A stretch of DNA of 63,430 bases, filler included, from Platydemus manokwari (Eukaryota): NCBI GenBank assembly GCA_037951405.1. It is 6 parts of 6 records of this genome, joined end to end, with 100 filler letters (N's around TTAATTAATTAA, not from the genome) between each part and the next. Parts side by side here need not be neighbours in the genome. Positions count along the whole stretch, not along the records: positions 13,714 to 22,820 come from JBBMOY011298650.1; positions 22,921 to 32,388 come from JBBMOY011244986.1; 4 more parts are not named here. One strand, given 5' to 3'. The position numbers and the translations under genes are program-made. Shown one piece after another: positions 13,790 through 26,400 of this stretch. Every line of letters begins with the position of its first letter. Position 1 is the stretch's first letter. The notes beneath the pieces are model-generated. The model did not search any database, was not told the DNA's origin, and was given only the letters and a program-made list of their open reading frames with translations.

Positions 13790-15889
13790 TTATTAATTTA
13801 TACCATTTATAATTCAGTTTAATGTCAATTCAATTTAATATCATTTTAAAAATATTTCTTGATCCAATTAACTTAACATTATTATTCACTTGGGTACCTG
13901 TTTCCTTGACACTTTTACAATTTTCAATATCAACTATTTCTGCTGTACTATTTCCTCTTTTCCTCTTTAACAACTCTATTTTCTAATGTTGAATTTGAAA
14001 GAGGCATAAAAACACTGATAATTTGATAAATAGTATTTAAATAACATAAACAATATCTGATATTAATCAGTCTCTTGGAGTTCTCACAACGCCTAGATAA
14101 CAATTAAACATAATATTCTGTTGTTTCTTCGCCTCAATCAACTCTTATCCTCTTATGAAGGGGTTATCGGCTCCAGTTATTATTTCGATGATTTTAATAC
14201 TACTTGTTAAACTATCAGTCCCTTTATGCGTCGTTTACACGGTCCCAAAAGATAATAAAGTTGATATTAAAACGGTATTATTACTACAAATGAAGTGAAT
14301 CCTTAGGTACTTGCAAACTCAAATATCAAAATTAAACTTGCTACTGAATACACGTTTATTGCTATAAATTACTACAGATATACAATCATGGTATGAATTA
14401 CTACTTTCATATACATAAGCAACAAGATGTATGGATACAATTCTGTAAATAGTTCTGGTTATACTGATGCCGAGAGGAGTAAAACCGATTGAGTAAGGCA
14501 ATTAGGATTAATCAGATAAGTAGGAAGATTATGCTAATATTATTAATAGCACATGATTTTACAGTTATTGGTTTTACTATAACTTCTCATATTTGGAGCT
14601 TGAATTCGTCAGAACACGATATCAGTGTCAAATTGATCTTCCAGTAATTACTGGAAGAAAACGTCGGAGAATATTGGCGAGAATCTGATTGTTTTTCACG
14701 ACTTACGAACTTGAATATTTTGGCTTCGTATAACAAGGCACTACAGCTAGTAGTTTTTAATATTGGTTCAAGACTATTGATGGTGTGAGCCTATTTATAC
14801 TATATTTTATTCGGGGAGAATGTCCATTAAGATGAGGGTCTTATTATTTTATTTCAATGGAATTTTGTATTTAATACGAGCCATTAAATTTAATATATGA
14901 GCATTCATTGTATGGGTATTGTTGTTGATAATTCCATCAATAAGGTTCTATTTTATTATATTTGTTGCCAGGCCAGATAAATGAAGGTGATTTATTATTT
15001 CTATTTATCGAACATTTCAATTTAGTTACTGGGTTGATAACTGCCATTATTTTATATTTATTATTGGTGATGTTTAATTCGGGTTATTTATTAGTTATAA
15101 TAATTCATTTTAAATTGGTTTTATCTCGTGGAAAATTATTCGGATAATTAATACATGATAATTGTAATAATTTCTATTATTTTATTCTTTTCTATATATG
15201 TAACTATTTCACACGAATATTATCATTATATCATCTATTAATTATAGCCTAACATTTCTCACAACGTTTAACATTTTAATATTCATTTTAATTCATTTAA
15301 AATCAACCATTTTCCTTTGTTTATAAAAGAATACATAATCTAAACAATATTTCACAATATATCACATCTCTAATTGGAATTGACTGATTAATGGTGAGTT
15401 CGACAAAATACAACTCTATATAAATGGATACAAAATGGATAAAATAGATGTTTTATCAAGAGAGAAAATGGAGAAAAATAAATAATTAGCTCTCTCTCTA
15501 TATATATGGCAAAACCATAGATGATAAGATGCATGGTTAAACTATAAAACAATATAAAGGATGGAGATATTTATTAAATAATTGGTATCTACGTCTCACA
15601 AATGCATTGTTGTAATAATTACGTAATAATTTCTATTAAACAATATCATTTATATTAAACTCAATCATTTATCACGACCATATAAGCTGAGGAAGACATA
15701 ATGTAGCTCTATCGATACTGCGAGAATGTTAAACGAATTAAATATTAATTCAAAGATTTTATTCCAATTTTATATAAAATTGTACCAATTTGTTTTATAA
15801 TTATATTTAAATATATAATTTCGTGTTGTGACTTTTCAGTTCATTTTCGACGCGTGCTTTATAAAATGGTTGCGGCCTTTGCTTGATGA

Positions 15890-16060
15890 CCACACCAGGA
15901 CTCAATTCTGAGATAATCAAATCACTGAAATCCATAGAAAGAAGGAGGTTATAGAGAATATACAAATAAGATCTGAAGCGGCCATGGAGAAGATATAAAG
16001 GAGATACAAAAAAATACGAAGAAGATCTAATAATTAGAGATTTTTTATGTCGATAAATAT
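15890..16060 (+). mobile_element. Possible Gypsy integrase C-terminal remnant between short direct repeats
   Basis: Frameshifted ENIQIRSEAAMEKI..RY...GDF-like segment. Flanked by an imperfect direct repeat tttgttt..ataatt.tatttaaatatataatttcgtgt at about 15790 and 16165. Confidence 0.35.
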
Positions 16061-16569
16061 GTAAAGCATTCGATACAGAGACGATTAAGAATACAAATAA
16101 AATCAAACATTTTAAAGAAAGGAGGATGTGGAAAAAATTTTTAAATGAACCAAAACTATTTTAATTTGTTTATATAATTGTATTTAAATATATAATTTCG
16201 TGTAAATCTTGATTTATAAAATAGTAGCGGCTTACAAATACCATAATCGCACAATATCAGTAAACCAATTCCAGGATATTTAACAGTGAATTTTGTAATC
16301 TAGATATAAGTCAAAAGAAATCAGAGACAAAGTTAAAGAATGCTCAAATTATGAACAATGTTTGACAATAAATATGTATTATCATTTAATATTAACATAT
16401 ATTACATCATTTATTAGTGATATATTGCTCATTTGAAATTTAAGGAATAAAGAACTGTTGATTAATATAATTTTAAATGAATTTAATGAGAAATATCTCA
16501 TATATTTAGAGCGTATCACTTTAACGGCAAGTTAGCTACAAGTTGATTGACTGGAGTTCTTTTTTCTTT

Positions 16570-17200
16570 TCGTATCACATCTAGCACCACTGTGATAATC
16601 TTTGAGAAGGTCACATATCAGGTCTTTTCAACAAGCCACTAATATGCGGTTACATTGAAAACTATGCATTTGAAATACCACCAATGGAATTGAACGTCGA
16701 TGATATATCAAAGAAATTTGAGGGCTGCCCAAACTCGAAATTATTTACGAACAGCTACAACAAAAGGTCGAAAATAATCACAAAGACAAAGTCTTCAATG
16801 AAAGACAGATTGATGAATTGTAACTCAATTCTAGCAAACTGTATTGAGATCGATTCAGACTCATTGTCATGGCTTTAAATATTCTAGTTTGACCAGAGAA
16901 TCTCACAACCCAATACAAACCATACTTGAGGAATAAAAAGGCTTTTCAATTACCGAAAAATCAAAACTTTGCATGCTATTCAATTCAAAGATGAAACATA
17001 CCATTGAGAAAATATTGACCAACTCGGACACTGTCAAAGAACTTCCATCAATCGATGACATATGTAAACATTTTAGAATAAACGCTTCAACATCTGAAAA
17101 TTGACCAATTCTTCAAATATGCTAAGCCAAACAATCAATGCTTGAGCTTCCATCAATCACAAATATCGAAGTTTTTGATAAACTAAAATTGATGCGGACA
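16570..17200 (+). mobile_element. Remnant of an R2/NeSL-like non-LTR element (Zn-finger to pre-RT region)
   Basis: LICGYIEN resembles CHCGYIDN of the 39.9 kb copy. ELPSIDDICKHF resembles LPTIDNIIAHF and LPTLENIIEHF of the 37-39 kb copies. Confidence 0.6.
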
Positions 17201-17369
17201 TTTATGGCCATCTAATTCATTTCGATCGGCAAGACAGAATAAGTTTTACGTTTCTATTTCTGTCTACATTTCAACCATTAGTTGTATGTTAAGAAATCCA
17301 CCCTTATAAAGGATTGCAAAGCAATTACGTTCATGCTATAAACAAAAAAATAAATAACACCACAATTTC

Positions 17370-17800
17370 AGACATGGTTGAATTATTTAATTAGGTGGTA
17401 CATGAACCCGATATTTAAAAAAAGTGTTAATCAAGGAAATGCAGTTATGCTCTCAAGAAATCCATATTCACAATGCTGGACAAAACATTAGAATCCAAGC
17501 AAAGATAAAGTGAAAACCAGAATACTAACCATAATGATTGAGAATAAATGAATATAATAGCAAATAGACAATTAAGAAATGGAAATGATTACAAAAGAAA
17601 AAAAGAGGAACACAAATGGTCATTATATACTCGGGAAAAACATAGTGAAAACAAATGAACAAAAAATTTGGATACCATCACAATATAGAGGAAGTAATAC
17701 GATATATAAGCAATAATTTCGACATGAAAGATTTAGTAAAGGTAACCAAAGATGTTATTAGTAAATATGAGATGTGCAGAAAAATCGAAAGTACTAAATA
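17370..17800 (+). mobile_element. Gypsy pol remnant (RNase H end and integrase Zn finger)
   Basis: LIRWYMN...GNAVMLSRNP (the RW...NADALSR motif), then KIWIP and KDVISKYEMCRK. Confidence 0.55.
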
Positions 17801-18139
17801 TCCCTATTAGAAATAAGTCGTTTTATACTAAATAATTTATTTAATATAATTACGATGTTATATGCATCATTTTATTATTGATGATGTAATAACGTGTTGA
17901 AAGTTTTTTTGAGTTGTATCAACTGACAACTGGGCAATAATTAGTCAACTTGCAAGCAAACAACATGCACACATTATACATACGATATTCACCTTTCCAT
18001 TTACGAATCTCTCTTACAACCCCAATAAAAGAAAAACCAAAATTGTTTTTAACAGAGAAACTATTTGAGAAAATATATTATTTGAGAATATATATATTAA
18101 AGAATAAGATTATATAAACAGATCTAACGCTCATCGGAT

Positions 18140-19500
18140 GACAGCCATATTGCGTCGCAAGGTGAACTTGATAAACATGTTCAAGAAATATTAATCAATG
18201 AAAGAATAAGAGAGTTCATCACCATGGAGATCGTCCTCTATATTGGTTAACAAGAAAGATCGAACTCAAAATTTTTGTATAGATTATATTAATGTCAACG
18301 AGGTAACTAGAAAAGATACTTTTCTTCTAACAGAAATCTACATGATATTAGAGAGATTAAAGAGAGCAATGATATTTTCCGTTACAAATTTTCAATAAGG
18401 ATATCGCCAAGTGGGAATAGACAAAGAAGGCAGGGAAATTACCGCCTTTACAACGATGAAAATACTTTAAAAATATCTCAAAATGCGGTTTGGATTAACA
18501 GAAGCACTTGCTACTTTTCAAAAAATGATTAAGATTGTACTGAATAGTGTATTTAGAGGATATAATAATCTTCTCAGAAAATTAGGAATAACATATGTGT
18601 CTTAACTCAGTGTCTTAAAGTTTTTAAGTTGGGGAGGCTTAAAAATAAAATCCAACAAAATTCAATTCGGATAAACCAGGATTAACAAACGTAGGACACG
18701 TTGTCTCTAAATATTGAATCAAACCAGACCAAAACAATGTGGCAACGATGCGAACGTTTCCAATACCAACAAATATTAAGGAAGTTAGAGAATTTTTATT
18801 ACTTCACGGATATTATAGCGAAATAAAAAAAAAGGTACCAACGAAAAAACTTTCAAAGAAAAACAGCTAGACGAAAAGAAAATTAAAAAGTTAATGAAAT
18901 GTGTAGAAAGAAAAGTAGTTCTCTCGGATCTACAGGTTCACTGGAAATCACATGGAGCTAATTAAGTCATAAGAAACGAAATATTTAAGATAATAGAGGA
19001 AACTTATTGATAATTTCCGAAGCAGTGCAACTAACAAAGGACCGACAACAAGAGAGCCACTACAGTCAATAGACATAATTAATAAATATATGAAATTAAC
19101 TGCAATCGATATTACGGGACTATTGCTAGGATCCACATAAAGAAATAGATACATTTTAGTATTTGGCGATCACCTTAAGCGTTTGCTAAATGTTCTCGTG
19201 ATGACAAATCATAATGCAGAAACAATCGCACAAATATTTGTAGAAATAATAGCGTCCATCAAGAAAAAATGTAATAGCTACAGGAATAGATTTCCTGTGC
19301 AACATAATTTCCGGAATTTTCAAATTATTTCATGTAATGAAGTTGAATATCTCGCTATATAAACCTAAAACAGATGGCCTAGTAAAACGATGTAATAACA
19401 CATTATGAAATATATTAGCTTCGTGCCTATATGCATACAGAAGCACTGTGCACAATACGATGAAAGAGACACCGTTTTATCTAAAATAGCTTTCTCAACC
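18140..19500 (+). mobile_element. Degenerate Ty3/Gypsy LTR retrotransposon pol (RT then integrase)
   Basis: RT: SSPWRS..LVNKKD...FCIDY..VNEVTRKD, GYRQV, TAFTT, MRFGLTEALATFQKMI. Integrase: AIDITG, NRYILVFGDH, PKTDGLVKRCNNTL, AYRSTVHNTMKETPFYL. Many stops and deletions. Confidence 0.9.
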
Positions 19501-20049
19501 AATAGATCTCAACCAACTGAAAATATAATTTCTCATATTGTATAATCTCATAAAATTTTACAATTCAAAAATAAATATTCGAACATTAACAAATCATAAT
19601 ACAAATGAAAACGAACACATTACTATTAACGAGAGGTGAATTAAATTATAATTTAAGATAAGATGAAAAACTAAATGTTTGCGATATATATTTTGTTCAT
19701 ACTTTCATCAAAAGGTAAAGCAACAAAAGTTATATGTAATCAAATACCTTCTTATATTTATTGAAAATTAATTTCAAGATATCCTTATCTCTCGATCTTT
19801 AGCAGAGTCTAAGAAACATAAAATCTTTATTCTTACTAATTTAAATACAGGTCTAGAGCCGCAATTTAATAAAATTATTTACTTAAGATTAAAACCATCA
19901 TTCCCAAAATCATGCACAGAATAGGTTACAATAATGAAATAATGGGTTTATCACGTAAAATAAAATAAAAATAAATATTATATTTACATGGATCTAATTG
20001 TTCTTACTTATACCCATGTTGCATGGACCATTTCTCGTTCCGATTACTG

Positions 20050-21156
20050 TCATCGAGCGTGGTCAAACGATGACTTAACAGTTAGTCCAGATATAATAAG
20101 CAAGATCGTAATAAGCAATGAAAAAGAAACAGTGATTGTCATAATTATAGAATCCAGAATGTCTGAAACTGACTATTTCGAAATCCTTCTTGCATTGCTT
20201 TGTTTCGACTTTTTAGTATTTTTTTCAAAGTGAATCGATATTTGCGATTTTATCGTTGTTCGAATTTTATCTATTTCACTGAACTGATCCTCTATTATAA
20301 GATTATCTGTTTGTACAACGATAACATTTTTTGGTTCCAGTTGCCACTATGATCGTAGCTTCCTTTAGTATTCAACCCTCAATCTGTAATCCTCGTCCAG
20401 TGTCAAATTAGTAAACGATGCCTGCGAAATATTAAAAGCCAATATTATGTTATACTTTAGTCCCATAAGATATAAATTTGAAACAATGTTCTTGTTTTCA
20501 GCGGATTTTCGTCGAAGTGATATTATGGTTGAAGTAGCTTGAATTTGCACTTTGTTTCATTCCTCGATCAGCATCACAACCTTCCTATTACTTTCATTTC
20601 GTAGTATGTTATCAACAACACATATTTTGTATATGTTCAAAGATGAAATTTTACATACGAGTTTTTATGTGTCAATTCCGTTGAATTATATTCTCCTCTC
20701 TGTCCTAGTTTTATGTTAATTTTCAATATTAGCTCATACTCTCATCTACACGCAATGTCATCGGATAGTGGGTCTACTTGAACTTTGGCTCTAATTTCTC
20801 GTGTCCAGAAGTGAACTGTTTGTGAGGTGTCTGGCCATTTATAATCATATAACGGGTTTTGCCAAAAACGATTTTACAATAATATCTGTTTTTGATGACA
20901 AATTTTCGATTATAAAATGTTCCATCTTTTCTTTTAATTTAATTGATTAAGGCATGTTTTGATGTATCATCCAAATTCGAAGTGAGCCAGGTTTGTAGTG
21001 TTTGTAAATCCAAACGGAATTTGAGTAGGTTGAGTATACGTTCAATCCCTCGATTAGTTCCATCTCTGTTCTGGTGGGTATCATGACGCTGGAAACTAGA
21101 TTAATGCATGATATTAATCAACAAAAAATTAAAATAATTATTCGATAATCCCACAT
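20050..21156 (-). pseudogene. Degenerate env-like ORF directly downstream of the Gypsy integrase
   Basis: Begins MWDYRIIILIFC*LISCINLVSS (signal-peptide-like) about 20 nt after the integrase stop. Contains Cys-spaced VCKISSLNIYKICVDNILRN, heptad-like DQFSEIDKIRTTIKSQISIHFEKILKV and a C-terminal hydrophobic IIMTITVSFSLLITILLIISGLTV. Interrupted by frameshifts. Confidence 0.55.
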
Positions 21157-21179
21157 TATTCGATGATTCGATTATTTTG

Positions 21180-21680
21180 TTCTTTTTCCCCGTAGTGGAT
21201 ATTCTTTTTGTCCACTGATACTTTCTTGAATCTTTTTACATTCACTGCTTTTACCTTTTTGTAGTTTCAATTTTAGATTTTTATTTGTAGCTCCACATAC
21301 AACATAGGATATTTTATATGGTCTACACAATTTTGGCAATAATTCTCTGATCGTTTCTGGGAGAAATAGGTATACTAAATCTCCTACTTTATTTGATGTT
21401 TGTGCGTCTTTTTATCATATGGTGCTTTAATTTTGTTTCTGATTGTATTTAATATTCAATCCAGCTTTTGACCATACTGATTGCAATCTTTCTAGCATTT
21501 AGATTTTGTGATCAGCAGTTTCCACATACTGGAATTTTGGATTTTGGCAATTTAACTAGATTGTAATATTGTTTCTTCTTAGATACATCAAGTAAAATGA
21601 CGTTTCAACGGTTCTCTCATGTACTGCATTTTGATAAGCGTATAGAAATAGGCTTATATATAAATCCCAACCTTGTAAGA
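21180..21680 (-). mobile_element. Ty3/Gypsy integrase C-terminal half (degenerate)
   Basis: WDLYISLFLYAYQNAVHERTVETSFYLMY, then KVGDLVYL...PKLCRPYK (GPY/F-type domain) and VNVKRFK. Confidence 0.8.
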
Positions 21681-22820
21681 TATATCTGTTTATAGAAAAT
21701 GAAATTTGGATTTGAAATCTAGAAAGATTATAGGAAAAGCAATGATAATCATTGTAATCTTAATAGTAATTTTAACAGTAGCAGTAAAAAATTGTAGCAG
21801 CTACAGGCGAAACAGAACAGAAAGAAACCAGAATATACAATGCTAGTAAAGGTGCTGTACATATTGTATTTACTGTCTAGATTTAATTGTATATGTTCTT
21901 TTGTAAAAGGATTTTTAATTGATAAGTAAACGTGTCAAAGCTTTTACGAACTAAAGTTATTGGAGACAAATCAATATAACAGGAGTACAAGATATACCCA
22001 ACTATTAAAGCACTGATTCAGGACCAGAAGAAATAGAGATTGATAGTGCCCTCAAAGCAATCCAAGATGACATCTTTGAGAAAGGATGGAAGGCATTAAT
22101 CGTACTCTGTACGAATGTCAAGATCCAGAGATCCAGAGCGGATCTCAAGAAGATAATCATTACCAAGGAATGTAGTCGTTGACCACGTTCGATAAAATTA
22201 AACCAAATTAGGGAAAGATATATAAGCAATCCAAGAGAAATTTGAATAGCTAAATAAAGATTGCCTACAAGTAGAAAATCACCCAATCTTTCCAAAGGAT
22301 GACAATGACGCGAAAAGAAACAAAAGTTCAATTTTTCCATGTGGTATTAGCACAACCAGAATCGGTAAATATTTTGTATTATCAAGGGGAATTGATATAA
22401 TCCAATAATATTACCTCAATAGCTAAGATATCCCACTACAGGACGTCTTAATATGGCCTCGTTGAAGAGACAGTTCACAGTAAGAAAGTTGAAAGGGTTA
22501 CAAAATAAAGAGGTTAGTAACCTACTTTGAGGAATCAAAACTATTGACCACAAAGTGTTTGAATGGCTAGTGGCTTTAAGAATCACTCTCGGCGATTTAT
22601 GTAGCTTACGAGAGCTGAGGAGATATTTCAACTTGGTTGTCTTGCCTTTTTCTGTAATAGAAAAGGAGATGAGTGTCATAACAAGACGAAGATGATACAT
22701 GCGCGAGGATAATGACAATTGAAAGAGTGATTTTGATTTTAGTTACATGGTGAATCAATAAATGTGTTTAGTTAATCTCTTTTATTTTGAGATTAGTAAA
22801 TCTCAAAACATTTAAGAGAG

Positions 22821-22920
22821 NNNNNNNNNNNNNNNNNNNNNNNNNNNNNNNNNNNNNNNNNNNNTTAATTAATTAANNNNNNNNNNNNNNNNNNNNNNNN
22901 NNNNNNNNNNNNNNNNNNNN
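22821..22920. other. Artificial contig spacer
   Basis: 44 N + TTAATTAATTAA + 44 N. Confidence 0.97.
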
Positions 22921-22959
22921 GTCAAATAATATTGAATTAAGTATTGATATTGTTAAAAA

Positions 22960-23296
22960 CGACCCAACGTAGAACAAATTGCAAATTATTATTTCAAATT
23001 AGTGAGGATACTTTTTAGTATTAGAAATTGAGATATACTCAAATATTTAACTATCATTTTAGTAAAATAAGTGATGTCAAGTTATTTAGCAATTCAGTTT
23101 TGTCCATATTCCACATCTCAAAAAATGCCGGATCAATTAAAATTCATTAAAAACATCAAACATCTCATAAAAATTAGAGTAAAACATTTATTATGTAAAA
23201 TTTGTTGATGTCATGATTTATATTTGATAGAATATGTAAGACCGAATCAACCATACTGAAATTAGGTCAAAAGATCCTTTTATTCAAAATTAAGCC
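22960..23296 (+). mobile_element. Partial copy of the GGC-terminated MITE
   Basis: Shares aaattagtgagga..ctttt..ttagaa..attgaga and the terminal taggtcaaa.gatcc.ttt...taagcc with 25322-25923. Confidence 0.65.
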
Positions 23297-23433
23297 TAAA
23301 AATTCATTTTGACAATTTTACCAATCTAGTAAATTTCTAGAATTGATTTTTTGTTTAAAAGTATTACATTAAATTAACATAATTTAAAATTTTGATCATT
23401 ATCGAATAATGTCATTAGTTACAAATAATTAAC

Positions 23434-26400
23434 ATGACTGATATTGATTTAGAAGGATTGGAACGAGTTGACCAAGTCAACAGTTTAATTAAAAAGTTAG
23501 TTGAAAGTGGTAATGATAATGAATCAACTTTTAGAGATATTGATAATTTCTTATCAAGCAAGGAGTCCAAAGGTAAATTGCATTTTTCTATAGCATAAAT
23601 TTGATTGAGACTTTCAGCTTTTGACCGAACCGTGATTAACAAATCAAAGCCTCAAAGTACGAATAAATAAATTTAATTAATTTATTTTATACATGTTTAG
23701 CAGTGGAAAATCCAAATGAGGCATTTTTAAAAGACTTAGAAAAAGATGCAATGGAAAGATCTAAAAGAAAGTCTCAAGCTAAAGCTAAAGCTGAGATAAT
23801 TAAATCAAAAGCTAATGATTACTTTAAAGCATGTGATTATGAGAAAGCGATTGATTATTATTCACGAGCCATAAATGAATGTAAAGATTATGATATCTTG
23901 TATACAAATCGGGCTCAGGTACATAATGCATGTCTTCATTTCTAAATTAAAAGTTAGATCACAGGCTTACTTGAAAATCGACAAGATTAATGAAGCTCTG
24001 AGCGACTGTGAAACGGCTTTGAAAATCTCACCAAGAAATCACAAAGCATTGTTACATAAAGGAAGATCACTTGTGCGATTAAATAAATTCGACGAAGCAA
24101 TTGATAGTTACACTCAAGTTTTGGAAATTGCGCCAAATCTCAAGAAATATATGGAGGAATTCTTTGAGGAGTCTAAGAAACTTAAATGCAATCATGAAAT
24201 GAAGCAAATGAGTGCTTCAGTTTTTAATGAAACAATTACTAACGAGTAAGTTGGAGTTGCAAATTTATAAGAAAAATAGACCCCAATAATTATCGATTAC
24301 GCGTGTTCACATAGCAACTGATTTGTAGGTCAAACTGTTAACACCAATTTGAAGAAATTATGATTTTCATAATCTGGTTGTCATGTCAACTAAATTTTTC
24401 AAAATTTTCGACTGGTTAAAATTGATTTTTTGCCATTGTGCTTTATTTGAAGAGTAAAAGATCAAATTGTTTGTCATTTTTATTAATTAAATGAAGTGAC
24501 GTCATTAGTTTTGTTGTTTTGGAAATTATTAAAATATTATTTTTAATAATAATTCCCATCCAGAAAAGAGGATCTTGTTGGTGGAATTTTGGAGAAATTG
24601 TTATTGAAAAATGATGAACGAATCGAATTCTATGTTGGGGGACTCGAGATGGTATTACAGATTTTCCGTGATAATAATCAACAAATCAATGGAATGAAAT
24701 CAGATTTTAAACTGAATAATGGCATATTTAACGATCAATCTGAAGTGATTATTTTCTTACTGGTTGAAAATGTTTCATTAACGATTTAGATTGAGAATAG
24801 ATGCCGAAATATTTTGTCGAGAAAGTTTAATAACATATCGGAAATGGAATTAACATTATTATCTCTATTAATGGAATTGGTGAAGACAATTATCAAAGAT
24901 GATGAAGAATGTATAATGAAGATATTTCAAGTATTGATTCTGGATTTTGATTTCTTGATATCTTTGAATTTTAATTGGTAGACTCCACTCATTATTAGTT
25001 GCATCGATTTTTGTTGTCAGTATGATAAATCGATTCCATTCTCGTTATTATCGGAAACCGTTAGCATTTTGTATTCCATTTCAAATATCGATATTGGTCT
25101 ACAACAAATATTCGATAAATTCCCTGTCAATTCCATTTTTTCAATCACTCTCAATTCTGTCAATTTGGATAAGAAGAAATATATTATTGTTATTGGAATG
25201 GCTTTATTTCATAATCTGATTCAATCTCAGAGATTTAAGGTGAGATTTAATTTGAGTTTGTTGTTTGTATGTCATGGAAAATGTTTATTTTGTTAATATT
25301 ATATGTTATTATTGATTTTCAGGCTAAAGTTGAGAAAACGGGTCCTAAAATAAAATTTTTAATTAGTCGAGTGTATTGCAAAAAATTATATGGTTTATTT
25401 AATTATATTCTTTAAAAGCATTTTGAATTTTTTATTTGAACACTTGAGAAGAATTTTAGTTGTTTGAAATTAAATATTAAATACAGCAGAGCTTCAAAAT
25501 CGTCTAAAATTTGATTATTTGAAAAAAGGATCAAAGTAAGCCAAATTGCAATTCATTGAAAATTAGTGAGGACCACTTTTTAACATTAGAAGCAAATTGA
25601 GAGACACTCAATTTTAACAATTATTTTTTAAAAATAACCAATAATATTATTAAACAGCCTGTAGTTAACTAACTCGATTTATTATTATAAAAGTTAAATT
25701 TAAAATCTCAAATAATCATATAGAAGTGTTGTGATTGGAATAGGAACTTGATTTTAAAACTATGTTTTGTCTCCGACATTCTAAAAAGTGTAATATTAAC
25801 TTGAATCATACATATAAATTAAACTTAGCAATTATATATAGAATTAATTTATAAAATAATCTCATATACAAAAATTCTTTATTACGAAAGTAGGTCAAAG
25901 GATCCATTTTCTTAACCTAAGCCAGTTTTTACAATAATATAAAATTGCGGCATTTTCGACCGAATAGTTGATAAATATAATTTCAACAATGATTACGTCA
26001 TACAATGAATGTTGAAATCGAATGATGTTTTCGTATTTGTACAGCTCTCGTATTATTTGATATTAAATGGCTAATATTTTTAAAATAAATTTTTATATGG
26101 GCTTATTAACAAATCAATTTAGCTGTATTTATATTAAAATGTTGAATAATTATCTTTATTTTTATTGTTTTTATTATAATTGTTTTTTTATAATCCATAT
26201 AATATATCATTAAAGTTTTTGTGTTTTTTTAAAATGTTTCTGTAATTATATATATATTATAATAATTAATTTAATTATAATATAATTAATGTAAAATCTA
26301 ATCATGTTTTGAATAATTTTTTATAAAACAACTTCTTTCTGTCCATTTAATACAAAAATATTAAACATTATTTTATCAACATATTATAAGTACTATAAGA

